64,000 nucleotides of DNA, taken from Chiloscyllium plagiosum. Lineage: Eukaryota. The position numbers were made by a program, and so were the translations under genes. Below the pieces are notes generated by a model. That model was not told the origin of the DNA. It saw only the letters and a program-made list of their open reading frames with translations, and searched no databases. The stretch spans positions 87,044,139-87,108,138 of the forward strand of contig NC_057718.1 in NCBI RefSeq assembly GCF_004010195.1, given 5' to 3'. Below are positions 62,379 to 64,000 of this stretch, one piece after another; positions within the stretch are counted from its first letter, which is position 1, and every line of letters begins with the position of its first letter.

Positions 62379-63559
62379 ATGTTTTAGTATGGAATAACAG
62401 CCTGTCGTCAAACAACACATGGAGTGCATCAACAGGAAGGAGACTAGAATGGAGATATAATTTTCATTACCTGAGTTTTTTGAACAAGTTGCAGACTCAC
62501 ATCAGGCTGAACTAGCAATGCAGATTTACAAGATATCACACCACATTGGAGCTAACTACAACGCCCAGAAAGAAGCAGGTCATAACTTTGTTGCACACAA
62601 TTAGAGGTTTTACACATCATATCCTGCTCAGACAAGTGATTTATGAGGAAATTGCACATGAGCAAGTAATTAACATATTTAATGTCTCCTTCAATCAACA
62701 CTACTATTGAGTAGGCAAAATTAAATAAGCTCACCCAGTGTTTTGGAGAAAGTGGTGATTAATTGATTAATGATTTATATCAGCTGATAGGAAATTGTGA
62801 ACGTATTAATTTAAAGGAAGAATTCAGCTGGGACCAAATCATTGTATGGGCTTAGAAGAAATGTTATTAGATTTTTTTTGCATTAAAGAAGTGTTGTTAA
62901 AGGCATTTCATTTGACCAGACAAGCAGAAGTTAGAAAATAGAATTATACAGAAATTCAAGGTGACATGGAGACATATTGCTAATTGTTAAGTTCTGGAGT
63001 GAAAATGTGGTTACAGTGGTCGTACAAACTGGTAGCACAGTAGCCACCAGTGTATCAATGTTATAACTACAGTGTTACCCAGAGTTAATAGTGAGACAGA
63101 CAAAGGCAGCATTGGGATAAATACTGTCCCACTAATACCACAGACTTTTTTTTAAAAGACGTATCATTTTAAAGTAATATGTTGCAGCAAGAAGCTTACA
63201 TTTCAGAAGCAAACAGAAATGCACAATGATTAACAAAATTCAATGAACTGAACTTGTTAAAGAGTTAAAGATGATCTACCTGGGTGAGTTTAATGGCTGA
63301 ACTCTAAGTTGCTAGAGTGCATAAATTTTGGCAACAGACTTAGATTGTGTTCTGGAAGCTGGATTCAACCAAACATTCAACCAACATGTGTAAAATTCAT
63401 TGGATAAGGAATTTTAAATCATGGAACAAGTGACTGCTACACTTCAATATAAAAAGAGAAAAATCAGAAAAACCATACGTGTAACCCAGAATCAGGATTG
63501 TCCATTTTTAAACAGAACAACATGGACAGATTTACTGCTAATTTACAAGGTTTGGCACC

Positions 63560-63735
63560 TTGTAAATTTTAGAGCTGAACTTCCTCAATTATTCAATGTG
63601 CTTGGAAAGCCAAAAACAACTTATCGCATCACCTTACATCCTGAATAAAAGCTTGTGTGTTTGTTTGCACTGGAGAGGTTCCTCACCCACTTTTGCAAAA
63701 GGTAAAGCAAGAAGTTGACTCAATGGATGAAATCT
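63560..63735 (+). mobile_element. Gypsy pol remnant (protease-RT linker)
   Basis: FRAELPQLFNVLGKPKTTYRITLHP ... PHPLLQKVKQEVDSM across a frameshift. Confidence 0.6.
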
Positions 63736-64000
63736 TCCCAATCTCTGAATAACATGAACAATGGTGAGTCAGTTGGAACGTATAGCGAGATAAGGAGAAA
63801 TTAAATCTTCTACTGTAGGCTTGAGCAACAGATGTGTGAATGAGGGTAACAATGTGCAACCAACATGTAAAAGCATTCTACTAACTATGTCATTGCTTGT
63901 CCCAACATTTGAATTTTATCTATGTGCCACACTGCTGAATGATCACATTACTGAGGAACTGTTTTGTTTCTAATATTGCATGTAAAACTTCATTAAACCT

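Noticed and set aside
1..64000. CRISPR arrays, prokaryotic operons, or an intact autonomous transposon
   Set aside because: No regularly spaced repeat-spacer array; the sequence is vertebrate intronic DNA and every TE coding remnant has stops or frameshifts
61837..64000. Next ADGB exon (expected …IYIFHKP…) and globin/IQ domain exons
   Set aside because: Not found by eye; presumably beyond the window end

Overview
Eukaryotic (vertebrate) genomic DNA, almost certainly from a shark: it carries HE1/V-SINEs, CR1 LINEs and shark-type Penelope tails. A carpet/bamboo-shark lineage is an inference only. The whole window lies inside one + strand, intron-rich gene that I recognise as androglobin (ADGB). 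Twelve well-supported coding exons (1796-61836) splice in frame with GT-AG boundaries and encode the C-terminal part of the calpain-like domain (ELGEFTVLHALTGW ... ADSSEKLRHYGLSH ... FIEISSP ... ENWIDYEDFFNCFQ). Two further phase-0 exons are candidates. The linker inside this domain appears expanded by small phase-0 exons, including a tandem-duplicated exon and a decayed third copy. Introns are packed with decayed retroelements (CR1, Rex1/Babar, L1/Tx1, Penelope-like, Gypsy LTR), SINEs and two TA-flanked MITEs. The most striking non-genic signal is a set of Penelope-derived short insertions carrying minimal hammerhead ribozymes with palindromic, dimer-type helix III. Several are fold-back (inverted) units bounded by 13-15 bp target-site duplications, and one probably causes the assembly gap at 53526-54368. 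Repeat boundaries are approximate; exon and TSD coordinates were counted by hand.
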